64,000 bases of DNA from Coraliomargarita sp. Its GTDB lineage: Bacteria; Verrucomicrobiota; Verrucomicrobiia; Opitutales; Coraliomargaritaceae. The translations under genes and the position numbers were made by a program. The DNA is taken from NCBI GenBank assembly GCA_965216325.1, contig OZ244160.1, positions 960,001 through 1,024,000 on the forward strand, in the 5' to 3' direction. The notes under the pieces were generated by a model, which saw only the letters and a program-made list of their open reading frames with translations, had not been told where the DNA came from and did no database searches. Below are positions 13,003 to 22,875 of this stretch, one piece after another (position 1 is the stretch's first letter; each line of letters opens with the position of its first letter).

Positions 13003-14892
13003 TTAATGTAACTCCAAGTCGTCCATCATGTGTTGGGCGAGTTTGTATGCGATGTCGTCGTTCTTGTTGTTGAGCTCCTTGAAGAGTGTTTGCACTCGGT
13101 GTTCGCCTCGCTTGCAGAGGTAACGGGTGATCTCCAATGCGCGGTCAATGCGTTGATGTTCTTTGTGATCAATGAGTGACTGGGTATAGGCACAGGCGGC
13201 GGACATGGCGAAGAGTTCTGCACCGATTTCGACCAGCCGGCCGAGCAGCAGTTGCTTCTGTTCCAGCTTTGGACCATAGTGCACCATGTTATGGAAGATC
13301 GCACGGCTGAGGTGGCGGCTCATCTGACCGATGTGTAGCAATTCGACGTGCAGCTGTGAATGAAGTTCACCCGTGTCGTGCACGCCATCAGGAATCCAAC
13401 GCGATGGATACCATTTGGTGTAGTGCCATGCGGCGTGGGCACCGGCACGAAGTCGATCGCCGGTGGGTTGACGTGTGTCGAGCGCAGCACCGCCTTCACG
13501 TAGGTGCGGATCGAGCATTTCACGGGCGATGAAGAGGCGCATGATTTCGCTGGAGCCTTCGAAGATACGGTTGATGCGGCAGTCGCGCATCATGCGCTCA
13601 ATTGGATCGGCCTTTTGGCCACGTGCTTTCAATGAGTCGGCTGTCTCATAACCACGGCCGCCTTTGATTTGCATCGTTTCGTCGACAGTCTTCCACGCGG
13701 CTTCAGTGCCCCAGAGTTTTGCGAGCGCGGCCTCGAGACGGATGTCCGCCTTCTTGTTGGCATCGACGAGTGCGGAGGTGTAAAGCACCATGGCTTCGGT
13801 GGCGAATGCATCAGCTGCCATGTCGGCAAGTTTGGCGGCGATGGCGGCGTGTTGCCCGATGGGCTTACCCCATTGGCGGCGTTGTTTACTCCAGCGCAAG
13901 CTGATGTCCAAGCAGCGGTGCATCATACCGCTGCAGGCTGCGGGAAGCGTGAGGCGCCCGGTGTTGAGTGTGGTGAGCGCGACCTTCAAACCTTTGCCGA
14001 CTTCGTGCACGACGTTCTCGATCGGGATCTTCACATCGGTAAAGCGGATCACACCGTTATACAGTGCACGTAGGCCCATGAAGTGGCAGCGGCGAACCTT
14101 CTCGACGCCGGGCATGTTCATGTCGACGATGAAGGCTGTGGTGGCCATCTTGTTTTCGAGCATGGGTGTGCGTGCCATCACAATGATGTGTGAGGCGAGG
14201 ATGCCATTGGTGCACCAGAGTTTTTCACCGTTTAAGATGAAGTGTTTGCCGTCTTGGGTGGGCACCGCAGTGGTGGTCATTTTGGACGGATCGGAACCGA
14301 CGTCTTCTTCGGTCAGGGCAAAGGCAGATATTTTTCCCTGTGCATACTCGCGCAGGTAGCGCGCTTTTTGTGCTTCGTTACCGAAGAGGATTAAGGGCTG
14401 TGGCACTCCGATTGATTGGTGCGCGGAGAGCAAGGCAGTGAGGTTTCCGCAATGTTGCCCAAGCTGCATGGCTGCCCGCGAATAATTGGTTTGTGAGAGA
14501 CCGAGTCCGCCGAAGCGGCGTGGTATTTTGATCGCAAATGCGCCCAACTTTGCGAGTCCATTGAGCACCTCATTCGGGATTTCACCATCGCGGTCGATTT
14601 GGTCGGGGTCGGTCTGTTCGTTGAGGAAGTCGCCGAGGCGCTCGAGGAAGGCATCGCCCTGATGACGATCGTTACTGTCTTGTTGTGGGAATGGCAGTAG
14701 GTGATTGAACTCTGGCTTGCCTGCAAACAGTGAGGCAGCAAAGCCGCTAAGTGCGCGTTGATCACGCGAGCCTTCGGCGACTTCGATGGCGCGGCGCTGG
14801 CCGCTATTCATACGGGAGGTGTCGATCCCGGGCTGAGTGCTTTCTAGTTTCATGGTGGGAGGGGAGTTGGGATTGGTCGAAAGTGTATTCAC
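13003..14892 (-). CDS. Acyl-CoA dehydrogenase (long, ACAD9/VLCAD-like)
   Basis: SAFALTE..GSD, LNGEKLWCTNG, QIKGGRGY, RIFEGSSEI. Confidence 0.93.
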   Translation of the reverse strand: MNTLSTNPNSPPTMKLESTQPGIDTSRMNSGQRRAIEVAEGSRDQRALSGFAASLFAGKPEFNHLLPFPQQDSNDRHQGDAFLERLGDFLNEQTDPDQIDRDGEIPNEVLNGLAKLGAFAIKIPRRFGGLGLSQTNYSRAAMQLGQHCGNLTALLSAHQSIGVPQPLILFGNEAQKARYLREYAQGKISAFALTEEDVGSDPSKMTTTAVPTQDGKHFILNGEKLWCTNGILASHIIVMARTPMLENKMATTAFIVDMNMPGVEKVRRCHFMGLRALYNGVIRFTDVKIPIENVVHEVGKGLKVALTTLNTGRLTLPAACSGMMHRCLDISLRWSKQRRQWGKPIGQHAAIAAKLADMAADAFATEAMVLYTSALVDANKKADIRLEAALAKLWGTEAAWKTVDETMQIKGGRGYETADSLKARGQKADPIERMMRDCRINRIFEGSSEIMRLFIAREMLDPHLREGGAALDTRQPTGDRLRAGAHAAWHYTKWYPSRWIPDGVHDTGELHSQLHVELLHIGQMSRHLSRAIFHNMVHYGPKLEQKQLLLGRLVEIGAELFAMSAACAYTQSLIDHKEHQRIDRALEITRYLCKRGEHRVQTLFKELNNKNDDIAYKLAQHMMDDLELH

Positions 14893-14980
14893 ACTTCCGC
14901 TACGGAAGGTAGGCTGTAGAGGAATTGCGACGCAGTTTCTAATTCTGGGAGTGGTCTAATAGATCGCTTAGTTGATTTGT

Positions 14981-17002
14981 TTAACTGGCGAGACGCTCGT
15001 CCGATCCGTCCAGATAAAAGCCTGGGCGAATGAGTTGTTCGTCGTCAGAGTAATGAAGCGGTCCACCGCGGAAGGGTGCGTAGCCGGTACCCATGACCAT
15101 CGCAAAATCGATGTCGGAGGCGTGCTCGACGATGCCTTCATCGAGACAGCGGGCTGCTTCATCGGACATGAGGTAGGCTAAGTGGCCGGCGATATCGCTC
15201 ATGCTAGCGCTCGTCTTCGAGCGGAGTGCTTTGGCATCGGGGTTCGGTTTCGCATGGGTGCCGTCGTATTGGTAGAAGCCCTTGCCGGCTTTGCGGCCGA
15301 GCAGGCCTTCGTTGAGCATGCGTTGCAGAATTTCCGGCACGGCCATGTGATCCGGGAATGCCGCTGCGAGGGTCTCGGCAACATGGGCAGCTACATCGAG
15401 ACCGACTTCATCGATCAAGCGCAGTGGGCCCATCGGCATGCCGAAGTCCAACATCGCCTCGTCGATCTGGACCAAGTCGATACCTTGATCGAAGAGTTTC
15501 CCAGCTTCGACCAAGTAAGGCAGCAGGATACGGTTGACGAGGAAGCCGGGCGAATCTTTGACCACCACCGGAATCTTGCCGATGCGTTGGACGAAGGCAA
15601 TCGCATCGGCGAGGGTTTGCTCGGAGGTGAGTTCACTGCGCACGACTTCGACGAGTTTCATGCGGTGCACTGGATTGAAGAAGTGTATGCCAACCAGGCG
15701 TGCCGGATTGGCGACGACCTCAGCGAGGTGGCGAATCGGCAGGGCCGAGGTGTTGGTGGCTAGGACAGTTTCCAAGCTACAACGATTGGAGAGTTCGGCG
15801 AAGATTTGTTGTTTGATCATCAGGTCTTCGGAGGCGGCTTCGATGATGAGGTCGTGATGCTGCAATGGCACGGAGCTATGGGCTGTCAGAATGCGATCCA
15901 AGCCGTTGCGTGCCTGCGTGCGACTTAGGAGATGACGTCCCACGGCATGCTGGTATTGGCGTTCAATCCGCTGCATGCCTTTAGCGAGGGCGTTATTATT
16001 GACATCCTGCATGAGCACATCATAGCCGCGTGTGCTCAGCCAGTAGCTGATACCACTGCCCATGACCCCCGCACCAATGACTGCGGGGTGCTGTAGATCG
16101 CGGCGATCAGTGTTGTCGATTTTGAGTTTACGTGCGCGTTCGTTGAGGAAGAAGAGTTCCAGCAAACGATGGGTCTCTGGTTGTGAGACCAATTCGATGA
16201 TGGCGGTTTCTTCCTCGCGGAAGCTCTTTTCTTTGGATTGGCAAACACTGTGGCAGGCGAGCTTGAGCGCACGCATGAGTGCGGGATAGTGGCCACGGGT
16301 AGTCTTCAATAAATCCTGCATGGCTTTGCGCTCGACGAGATTCGCCGAGAGCTTGTTGTGCGACCAGTGGTGTGGTTCGGGTGGGCGCTTGCCTTTCTTT
16401 AGATACTCCCGGCAGTATTCTTCGAGATGCGCGGCCGGCACAAGGTCGTCGATTAAGCCTTTATGCTTGGCGGCTTTAGCGCCCATGACTTTACCTCCGA
16501 GGAGTAGTGGCAGTGCGGCGGGCAGGCCCAGTAAGCGAGGGAGTCGTGTGGTGCCACCCCAGGCTGGCAGGATGCCGAGTTTGGTTTCGGGCAGGCCGAC
16601 TTTGGTGCATGCATCGTCGGAGGCCACGCGCCAGTCACAGGCGAGCGCCAGCTCATAGCCGCCACCAAGGCAGGCGCCATGAATCGCAGCGATTGTGGGG
16701 ATTTCCAGTTCTTCGAGCTGGGTGAAGACTCTGTGTCCAAGATCAATTAAATGTGCGAGTTCTCCCGGAGGAGCGGACTCCAGTGTTTTGATATCTGCGC
16801 CGGCGACAAAGATTTTGGGCTTCGCCGAGCGAATCAGTAGGGCGTTTACGGATACAGTACGTATCTGATTCAGACGCAGTTGTAGCTCTTCCAAGGTCGT
16901 TCGATCGAAGAGGTTGGCACGTGCCTGTTCACGGTCAAAGGTCAGGGTGGCCAAGTTATCTTCGATAGCGAGTTGGATATTATGGCTGCGTTGCGTCTTC
17001 AT
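14981..17002 (-). CDS. Fatty acid oxidation complex alpha subunit (enoyl-CoA hydratase + 3-hydroxyacyl-CoA dehydrogenase), FadJ/FadB-like
   Basis: FVAGADI, GGGYELALACD, GLPETKLG, GAGVMGSGI, GIHFFNP, PGFLVNRIL. Confidence 0.93.
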   Translation of the reverse strand: MKTQRSHNIQLAIEDNLATLTFDREQARANLFDRTTLEELQLRLNQIRTVSVNALLIRSAKPKIFVAGADIKTLESAPPGELAHLIDLGHRVFTQLEELEIPTIAAIHGACLGGGYELALACDWRVASDDACTKVGLPETKLGILPAWGGTTRLPRLLGLPAALPLLLGGKVMGAKAAKHKGLIDDLVPAAHLEEYCREYLKKGKRPPEPHHWSHNKLSANLVERKAMQDLLKTTRGHYPALMRALKLACHSVCQSKEKSFREEETAIIELVSQPETHRLLELFFLNERARKLKIDNTDRRDLQHPAVIGAGVMGSGISYWLSTRGYDVLMQDVNNNALAKGMQRIERQYQHAVGRHLLSRTQARNGLDRILTAHSSVPLQHHDLIIEAASEDLMIKQQIFAELSNRCSLETVLATNTSALPIRHLAEVVANPARLVGIHFFNPVHRMKLVEVVRSELTSEQTLADAIAFVQRIGKIPVVVKDSPGFLVNRILLPYLVEAGKLFDQGIDLVQIDEAMLDFGMPMGPLRLIDEVGLDVAAHVAETLAAAFPDHMAVPEILQRMLNEGLLGRKAGKGFYQYDGTHAKPNPDAKALRSKTSASMSDIAGHLAYLMSDEAARCLDEGIVEHASDIDFAMVMGTGYAPFRGGPLHYSDDEQLIRPGFYLDGSDERLAS

Positions 17003-17035
17003 GATTTTTGGGATTTGGGGATGTCGATAATGGTT

Positions 17036-18307
17036 TTAGGGACGTTCGAACCAGAGGGCTGCGCCTTGTCCGCCACCGACACAGAGTGTGGTGAGTGCAT
17101 AGCGGCCTCTGATATCTTGAAGTTGTTTGAGAGCGGTAAGAATGAGGCGTGCACCGGTTGCGCCGACTGGGTGGCCGAGTGCGATGGAGCCACCTTGGCG
17201 ATTAAGTTTTTCATCCGGGATTTCTCCGAGTGGCATATCCAAGCCGGCCTTACTCGAGTATTGCGCATCACGCAGGCCTTTCAGCACGGCGAGTACTTGC
17301 GCGGCGAAGGCTTCGTTGATTTCGACCAGGCTGGCATCTTCGAGCGTGAGGCCAGTTTGCGCATTGGCGGCTTGGATCGCTTTGACCGGGCCTAGGCCCA
17401 TACGTTTTGGATCGCAACCAGTGTAAGCGTAGCCGACTAGTTTGCCGAGTGGTTGAATCCCGAGTTGCTCAGCACGCGCTTCGGTTGCAACCAGTAGTGC
17501 GACCGCACCGTCTGTGATCTGTGATGAGTTCCCGGCGGTAACGGTTCCCGTCTTGGTTTCGAAGACGGGTTTGAGTTGGCTGAGCTTATCCAGCGAGGAG
17601 TCTTCGCGTATACCATTATCGGTTTCAATGCTGTTGCCGTCATGGTGAACAGCATCGACTTCCCGGTTGAGCGCAGTGCGTGCGAGTCGTGCTTTCTGGT
17701 GTGACCAGTTGGCAAAAGCATCTTGTGACTCGCGTGTGATATCGAATTCATTGGCGAGGACTTCGGCGGTTTCACCCATGTTTAAACCTGAGACGGGATC
17801 GCTTAAGCCTAAGCGTAGGCCGACCAGTGGTGAGAAATCGGATGGACGGAAATGTGCGAGTGAAAGCACGCGTTCTTTCACGCTTTTGGCGTGCGCCAGT
17901 TCAGAGAATTTCTCGACCGCAGAGTGGCGGTAGAGTAGCGGGTAGTTACTCATGCTTTCGGTGCCGCCGACAACAAAGAGTTCGCCCATGCCAGCCGCTG
18001 CGCGCTGATGTGCGCAGGTGAGCGCTTCCATGCCGGATGCACAGTTGCGGTGCACCGTGGCTGCGGGCACATGTGTGGGCACGCCGGCGCGCAGGGCAAT
18101 GACTCTGGACAGGTTGACCGCGTCGGCCGGCTGTCCAACACAGCCGAAGATGACTTCGTCCAGTTCGCCGGGGTCGATGCCAGTCTGTGTGAGCAGTGAG
18201 GCTACGGCATGGCGACCGAGGTCGCCGGCGCTCAGTTCGGCGAGGTCGGTTCCGAGTCGTGAGAACGGCGTTCGCACGCCAGCGATGATAACGAGTGGTG
18301 TATTCAT
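17036..18307 (-). CDS. Acetyl-CoA C-acyltransferase (thiolase), FadI/FadA-like
   Basis: NCASG, NEAFAAQ, GHPVGATG, CVGGGQG. Confidence 0.95.
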   Translation of the reverse strand: MNTPLVIIAGVRTPFSRLGTDLAELSAGDLGRHAVASLLTQTGIDPGELDEVIFGCVGQPADAVNLSRVIALRAGVPTHVPAATVHRNCASGMEALTCAHQRAAAGMGELFVVGGTESMSNYPLLYRHSAVEKFSELAHAKSVKERVLSLAHFRPSDFSPLVGLRLGLSDPVSGLNMGETAEVLANEFDITRESQDAFANWSHQKARLARTALNREVDAVHHDGNSIETDNGIREDSSLDKLSQLKPVFETKTGTVTAGNSSQITDGAVALLVATEARAEQLGIQPLGKLVGYAYTGCDPKRMGLGPVKAIQAANAQTGLTLEDASLVEINEAFAAQVLAVLKGLRDAQYSSKAGLDMPLGEIPDEKLNRQGGSIALGHPVGATGARLILTALKQLQDIRGRYALTTLCVGGGQGAALWFERP

Positions 18308-19767
18308 GAGTCTGATACGTCGGGTCGATGGTCTACAATTTTCTCTTCTTTCAATTTTTCACCGACGCCTTGCAGGCGGCGCATTTCCTTCCAGCTGTGG
18401 AATTCAATGGCATCGGGTGTGATTTCCATGAGCTCATGGAATCGATTGCGGATGCGTTTTTCGGTGCGGTCGATTGGTCGATCACCTGTGCGGACTGCAT
18501 GCACGATCAGTTCGTCGAGCTCGTTTGGGTCGTCGTTGCGCTTGCGGAGTTCAAGCTGCCAAGTGCCAATGTCGGGAATGTTATCGATCAGATGCTCAAG
18601 CGCGTTGAAGTCGACCATGGTGCCTTTGATCTTGTCCAAATGTAGGCGGTGTATGTCCGAGACACGCGAGATGTGGCCCACGAGCCGCGGGCAGGTACGC
18701 CCGCAATGTGGACATGGCTCGTGGGTCAGTCCGCCATCGATCTGGTCGCCGGTGCGGTATCGGAGCACTGTGGTGCCGCGGGCGTCGAGTTGGGTGAACA
18801 CGATTTCCCCGCTATGACCGTCGGGCACGCGTTCGCCGCTCTCCGGATCGATGACTTCGACAAATCCCATGTCTGGATAGAGGTGGAAGCCGCTGGAGGT
18901 TTCGCCCCACTCAAGTGGGCACTCGGTCCAGGCCATTTTGGCTTCGGTAAATCCATAGGTGGCGAGAATGCGTGTATCCGGTGCGCCGAGCGAACCACAG
19001 AGCTCGTGGAGCTTCTTGCGCATCCCATCGGGAACTTTTTCGCCACCGAGTACGATGTTGCGCAATTCGGGCATCTGCATGCCGCTGATCGCTGCTTCCT
19101 GTAAGAGGTGATAGAGGAAGGTGGGCATCGCGATGATGTTACTGGGCTTGATCTTGGAGATCATCCGCAGGTTGCCATCGGTGCCCATGGTCTTGCCGCC
19201 TCCGGTGGATAGCACAAAGGTGGTATAGCCGAGCCCGGCATAGTGGGCCTGCCAAAAGGCGAGATGCGGCGCGAAGGGAAAGGCGTTGAGGTGACGATCT
19301 TCAGGCTGGGCCTGGCAGATTTCCATCAGGCGCTGACCGCTTGCTTCCAAGCGTGTTAGGTCATGCTTGGTATAGAAAAAGGGCACGGGGTCGGCCGAGC
19401 GCCCCGTCGTGCTGGTCATGAGAACCGGGCGTAGTTCGTCTTCCAAGATACGCCTCGCGCCTTTGGGGCCATGTTCCAGTGCCAGCTGTATGGTGTGCCA
19501 TTGATGGTGCAGGCGCTTCTCCTCAGGGATAATGATAAAGTCACGGGGCGTTTTAAAATCGCGCTTGCGGGTGAAGGGGACTTTGACGAGGTCGTCGGTT
19601 GTCTTGATATCGTCGGCAGTCAGTCCGGCCTCGTCAAAGAGTGTGCGGTAGTGTTTCGCAAACGGCAGGACGCGTTGCTTTAGGAATTTATGCAGGAGCT
19701 GGCTCTGGCGATGCTGTTGCTCGTCATTCGACGCGTGCTCCCACCAGTTTCTCTGTAGAAGTTTCAT
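18304..19767 (-). CDS. Phenylacetate-CoA ligase (PaaK)-family AMP-binding protein
   Basis: STTGRSADP P-loop, YGFTEA, LRYRTGD. Start set at ATG 19767; ATGA overlap with the thiolase gene. Confidence 0.8.
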   Translation of the reverse strand: MKLLQRNWWEHASNDEQQHRQSQLLHKFLKQRVLPFAKHYRTLFDEAGLTADDIKTTDDLVKVPFTRKRDFKTPRDFIIIPEEKRLHHQWHTIQLALEHGPKGARRILEDELRPVLMTSTTGRSADPVPFFYTKHDLTRLEASGQRLMEICQAQPEDRHLNAFPFAPHLAFWQAHYAGLGYTTFVLSTGGGKTMGTDGNLRMISKIKPSNIIAMPTFLYHLLQEAAISGMQMPELRNIVLGGEKVPDGMRKKLHELCGSLGAPDTRILATYGFTEAKMAWTECPLEWGETSSGFHLYPDMGFVEVIDPESGERVPDGHSGEIVFTQLDARGTTVLRYRTGDQIDGGLTHEPCPHCGRTCPRLVGHISRVSDIHRLHLDKIKGTMVDFNALEHLIDNIPDIGTWQLELRKRNDDPNELDELIVHAVRTGDRPIDRTEKRIRNRFHELMEITPDAIEFHSWKEMRRLQGVGEKLKEEKIVDHRPDVSDS

Positions 19768-20767
19768 GGGGCAGAGGGGCTTGTGTGTCTTGGGATTGCA
19801 TGAGTGCTTTGAGTTCGGGGAGCGCACGCTCAGCGGCGCGGCGACCGATATTGATGAAGTGCTTATACTCGTGGTAGTGGTGCCAGCTGCCCGTGCAGGA
19901 AATCGGACGGATGACGACGTCGGCTCGCTTGCAGGAAGCTTGAGCCATACGGACTTGTGAGGCTTTGAGCGCGCGGTTGATTGTGTGGATCACGTTACCT
20001 CGAGCCAAAAGATTGACGGGGTCGGTGAGTGTATGGAGCGCGCGCTTCCAAAAGCCGGGTTCTTCAGTGGGCTGCTTAATTTCACAGTGATCAATTTCCT
20101 CCAGGGTGGGGATCGTGGTTACGGCGATGGTGAAGTCGACGTCCGCATATTTAGTGAGCACCGTGACCGGAATCGGGTCCACGACACCACCATCCATGAG
20201 ACGGCGCCCTTGATGTTTTACCGGAACGATCATCCCGGGCATGGCGCAACTTGCGTGCACGGCATCGATCACACGACCCTTGTGAAACACGACGCGTTCA
20301 CTGGTGTCGACATCGGCTGCGACTACATAGAGTGGGCGTTCCAAACGCTTGAACTTGATGTCGCCGATGGAACGACGGAGGTGCTGTTTGACGCGCTTGC
20401 CTTTGAAAAGGCCCTTGGTTGGCGGGAAGGCTGGGTCCGTGAGGCCGCGTATGGCGCGTCGATCATGAATCTCAGCGGCGAGTGCCCCGAGTTGTGGGCC
20501 GCGATAGCCCGCGCACCAGAGTGCGCCGACATAGGCCCCCATGCTGGATCCTGCGACGGCATCGATGTGGATGTTGTTCTCTTCCAGCACCTGAATCACG
20601 CCGACATGCGCCAGACCTCTGGCACCTCCCGACGAGATCGCCAAGCCGATTCGTAGGGGACGCGGTGGCTTTGTTTCCGGCTGTGGGCTGACCTTGGATG
20701 CGCCTACTGAGGCGGTCCGATCCCCAAATAAACTGTGGCCAGATATCATCGTGTGCTCCTTACACAT
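19724..20767 (-). CDS. Patatin-like phospholipase/esterase
   Basis: SSGGARGLAH oxyanion motif, GSSMG nucleophile, DGG. Start uncertain. Confidence 0.92.
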   Translation of the reverse strand: MCKEHTMISGHSLFGDRTASVGASKVSPQPETKPPRPLRIGLAISSGGARGLAHVGVIQVLEENNIHIDAVAGSSMGAYVGALWCAGYRGPQLGALAAEIHDRRAIRGLTDPAFPPTKGLFKGKRVKQHLRRSIGDIKFKRLERPLYVVAADVDTSERVVFHKGRVIDAVHASCAMPGMIVPVKHQGRRLMDGGVVDPIPVTVLTKYADVDFTIAVTTIPTLEEIDHCEIKQPTEEPGFWKRALHTLTDPVNLLARGNVIHTINRALKASQVRMAQASCKRADVVIRPISCTGSWHHYHEYKHFINIGRRAAERALPELKALMQSQDTQAPLPHETSTEKLVGARVE

Positions 20768-21103
20768 AGCGTATTGAAAACCCAGCCTTTTTCCAGTTTG
20801 GCGAGACGATATTCCAGCGCTTCGATGGCCTTAGTGGTAGTGCTTATCGTGCTTCGCGGTTTTAGGTGCTGTAGTTAATTTATGCTTGGCGAAGTTGATT
20901 TTCGGGCTAAATCGCCTCTTTGAGTCTCTCGGTCGAGCGGCAGATACAGCGCATCCGATAGTGAGTGACTCTGCAGCAGTGTGCTTCCAGCTACCTCATT
21001 CTGGACCAATTTGTACGCGGCAGGATACCGCTTCTACCTTGCTTGTCACCTTCGGCCTCGGTGCACAACGGGTTCAAAAAGTTGGGTTCTCGCTTGCAAT
21101 ATG

Positions 21104-21147
21104 ATTAGGACGCTAATAATTAGGGGTCTAATCATTAGCGTCCATAT
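21104..21147. promoter_or_regulatory. Tandem palindromic operators ATTAG-N4-CTAAT (probable MarR autoregulation)
   Basis: attaggacgctaat (21104), attaggggtctaat (21119), attagcgtccatat (21134), exactly 15 bp apart; TTGCAA at 21094. Confidence 0.7.
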
Positions 21148-21679
21148 GAGCCAACCCATACTTTTGAAAGACCCGCCGCGCTACGAATGCTTCGTGGATG
21201 CGGCCAAGGAGTTTCCTGAACTCGACCCATCCGCGATGTATGCCTTTGTTACTTTACTGCATGCGCATGACACGGTGTGGAAGCAGAAGAGTGCGCATTT
21301 TGCGGAGAATGGCATTACCCAAGGGCGCTTCATGGTGATGATCATGTTGATGGAGAAAGAGGGCGAGGGCTGCCCGACCGTGCATACGCCTGCTGAGATC
21401 GCGGAACAGTTGCAGGTTACCCGTGCCTCGGTGACGGGTTTGTTGGACTCTTTAGAAAAGGACGCGTTTGTGCGTCGTGAGCCGGACCCGAATGACCGTC
21501 GTATGACATCGGTTTATCTGACTGAGAAAGGGCAGGCCTTTTTGGATGCTTTCTTGCCGCCGCATTTCTCGCTGATCACCAAACTGATGGGAGGTCTGAG
21601 TGTTAAAGAACGGGAAACTTTGGTCCGGCTGCTTAACAAACTCATCGAAGGGGTGCAGCATTGCCAACACGAGGCCTAA
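21146..21679 (+). CDS. MarR-family transcriptional regulator
   Basis: TPAEIAEQLQVTRASVTGLLDSLEKDAFVRREPDPNDRR...LTEKG. Start trimmed to ATG 21146. Confidence 0.93.
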   Translation: MSQPILLKDPPRYECFVDAAKEFPELDPSAMYAFVTLLHAHDTVWKQKSAHFAENGITQGRFMVMIMLMEKEGEGCPTVHTPAEIAEQLQVTRASVTGLLDSLEKDAFVRREPDPNDRRMTSVYLTEKGQAFLDAFLPPHFSLITKLMGGLSVKERETLVRLLNKLIEGVQHCQHEA

Positions 21680-21721
21680 GGATCTCAGGATAACTTTGCT
21701 TAAGCTAAATTCATTTTCGTT

Positions 21722-22873
21722 ATGTCGCAGGAACAAAAACAAACAGCTTCAGGAGTCGTGGCCAAAACCGCTTTGACCATTTTTATTCTTATTGTGATCG
21801 TTGGTGCGATCGGAGGTCTCTTTTATACAAACATTGCCTCGATGGTGGCCGCGGGTGTGGAGCAAGGACCACCTCCGGTTTCGGTGGCGACTACGGATGT
21901 CTCTGAAATGGAGTGGCCAGTCGAATCGACTGCGATTGGTTCGATCTCAGCATTGAAGGGCGTGATTCTTTCGGTGGAGTCACCGGGTATCATCTCTGAA
22001 CTGAGTTTTAGGTCGGGTAAACCGGTTGAAGCCGGCACACAGCTCATTCAACTCGACGATCGTAGCGAGCAGGCAGAGCTCGAAGCGGCCAAGGCGGCCG
22101 AGGGACTGGCCAAGTTGAGTCTCGATCGCTCGCGTCAACTTTTGGAGCGCAAAACCATTTCGCAGGCAGAGTTTGATGCGGCGGATGCCGAGTATAAACA
22201 AGCTGTGGCGCAAGTTGCGAATGTCGAAGCCGTGATCGAAAAGAAGAAGCTGGTAGCTCCCTTTGACGGATTACTGGGCATTCGCCGTGTGAACGTCGGC
22301 CAGTATCTCAATCCGGGGGATGAAGTCGTGAGTTTGGTATCTCAAGATCCGATCAATGTGACCTTCTTCATGCCACAGAAGTCTTTGAGCTATTTGGAAA
22401 AGGGGCTTGAGGTTGAGGTAACCTCCGATGCCTTTCCAGGTCAGGCGATTACGGGTCAACTCGCAGCGCTGGAAGCACAAGTGGATGCATCGACGCGCAT
22501 GATTGAGGTGCAGGCCAAGTTGCCGAATCCGGATGGCCACTTGCGTGTGGGTATGTTTGTGAATGTGCGAATTGATAAAGCGCCTCCACGTGCAGTGCGT
22601 GCGGTTCCTGCCAGTTCGGTGCTCTACGCTTCGTATGGTAACTCGATCTATACGGTGACGCCTGCTGAGGGTGGTTCCGGTTATGCCGCCAGCCAGAAGT
22701 TTGTGAAACTCGGCGAACGCCGTGGCGACTTTGTGGAAGTGCTTGAAGGTCTCGAGTCCAATGATCGCGTGGTTACTGATGGTGCCTTCAAGTTATATCC
22801 CGGCGCAACGGTGGTTCTGCAAGACGAGCGCGCACCAGTCGCACAGCTTGAGCCGACCCCAGAGGATTCCTAA
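21722..22873 (+). CDS. RND efflux periplasmic adaptor (MFP)
   Basis: N-terminal TM anchor, lipoyl half motifs, APFDGLLG, LRVGMF. Confidence 0.93.
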   Translation: MSQEQKQTASGVVAKTALTIFILIVIVGAIGGLFYTNIASMVAAGVEQGPPPVSVATTDVSEMEWPVESTAIGSISALKGVILSVESPGIISELSFRSGKPVEAGTQLIQLDDRSEQAELEAAKAAEGLAKLSLDRSRQLLERKTISQAEFDAADAEYKQAVAQVANVEAVIEKKKLVAPFDGLLGIRRVNVGQYLNPGDEVVSLVSQDPINVTFFMPQKSLSYLEKGLEVEVTSDAFPGQAITGQLAALEAQVDASTRMIEVQAKLPNPDGHLRVGMFVNVRIDKAPPRAVRAVPASSVLYASYGNSIYTVTPAEGGSGYAASQKFVKLGERRGDFVEVLEGLESNDRVVTDGAFKLYPGATVVLQDERAPVAQLEPTPEDS

Positions 22874-22875
22874 GC

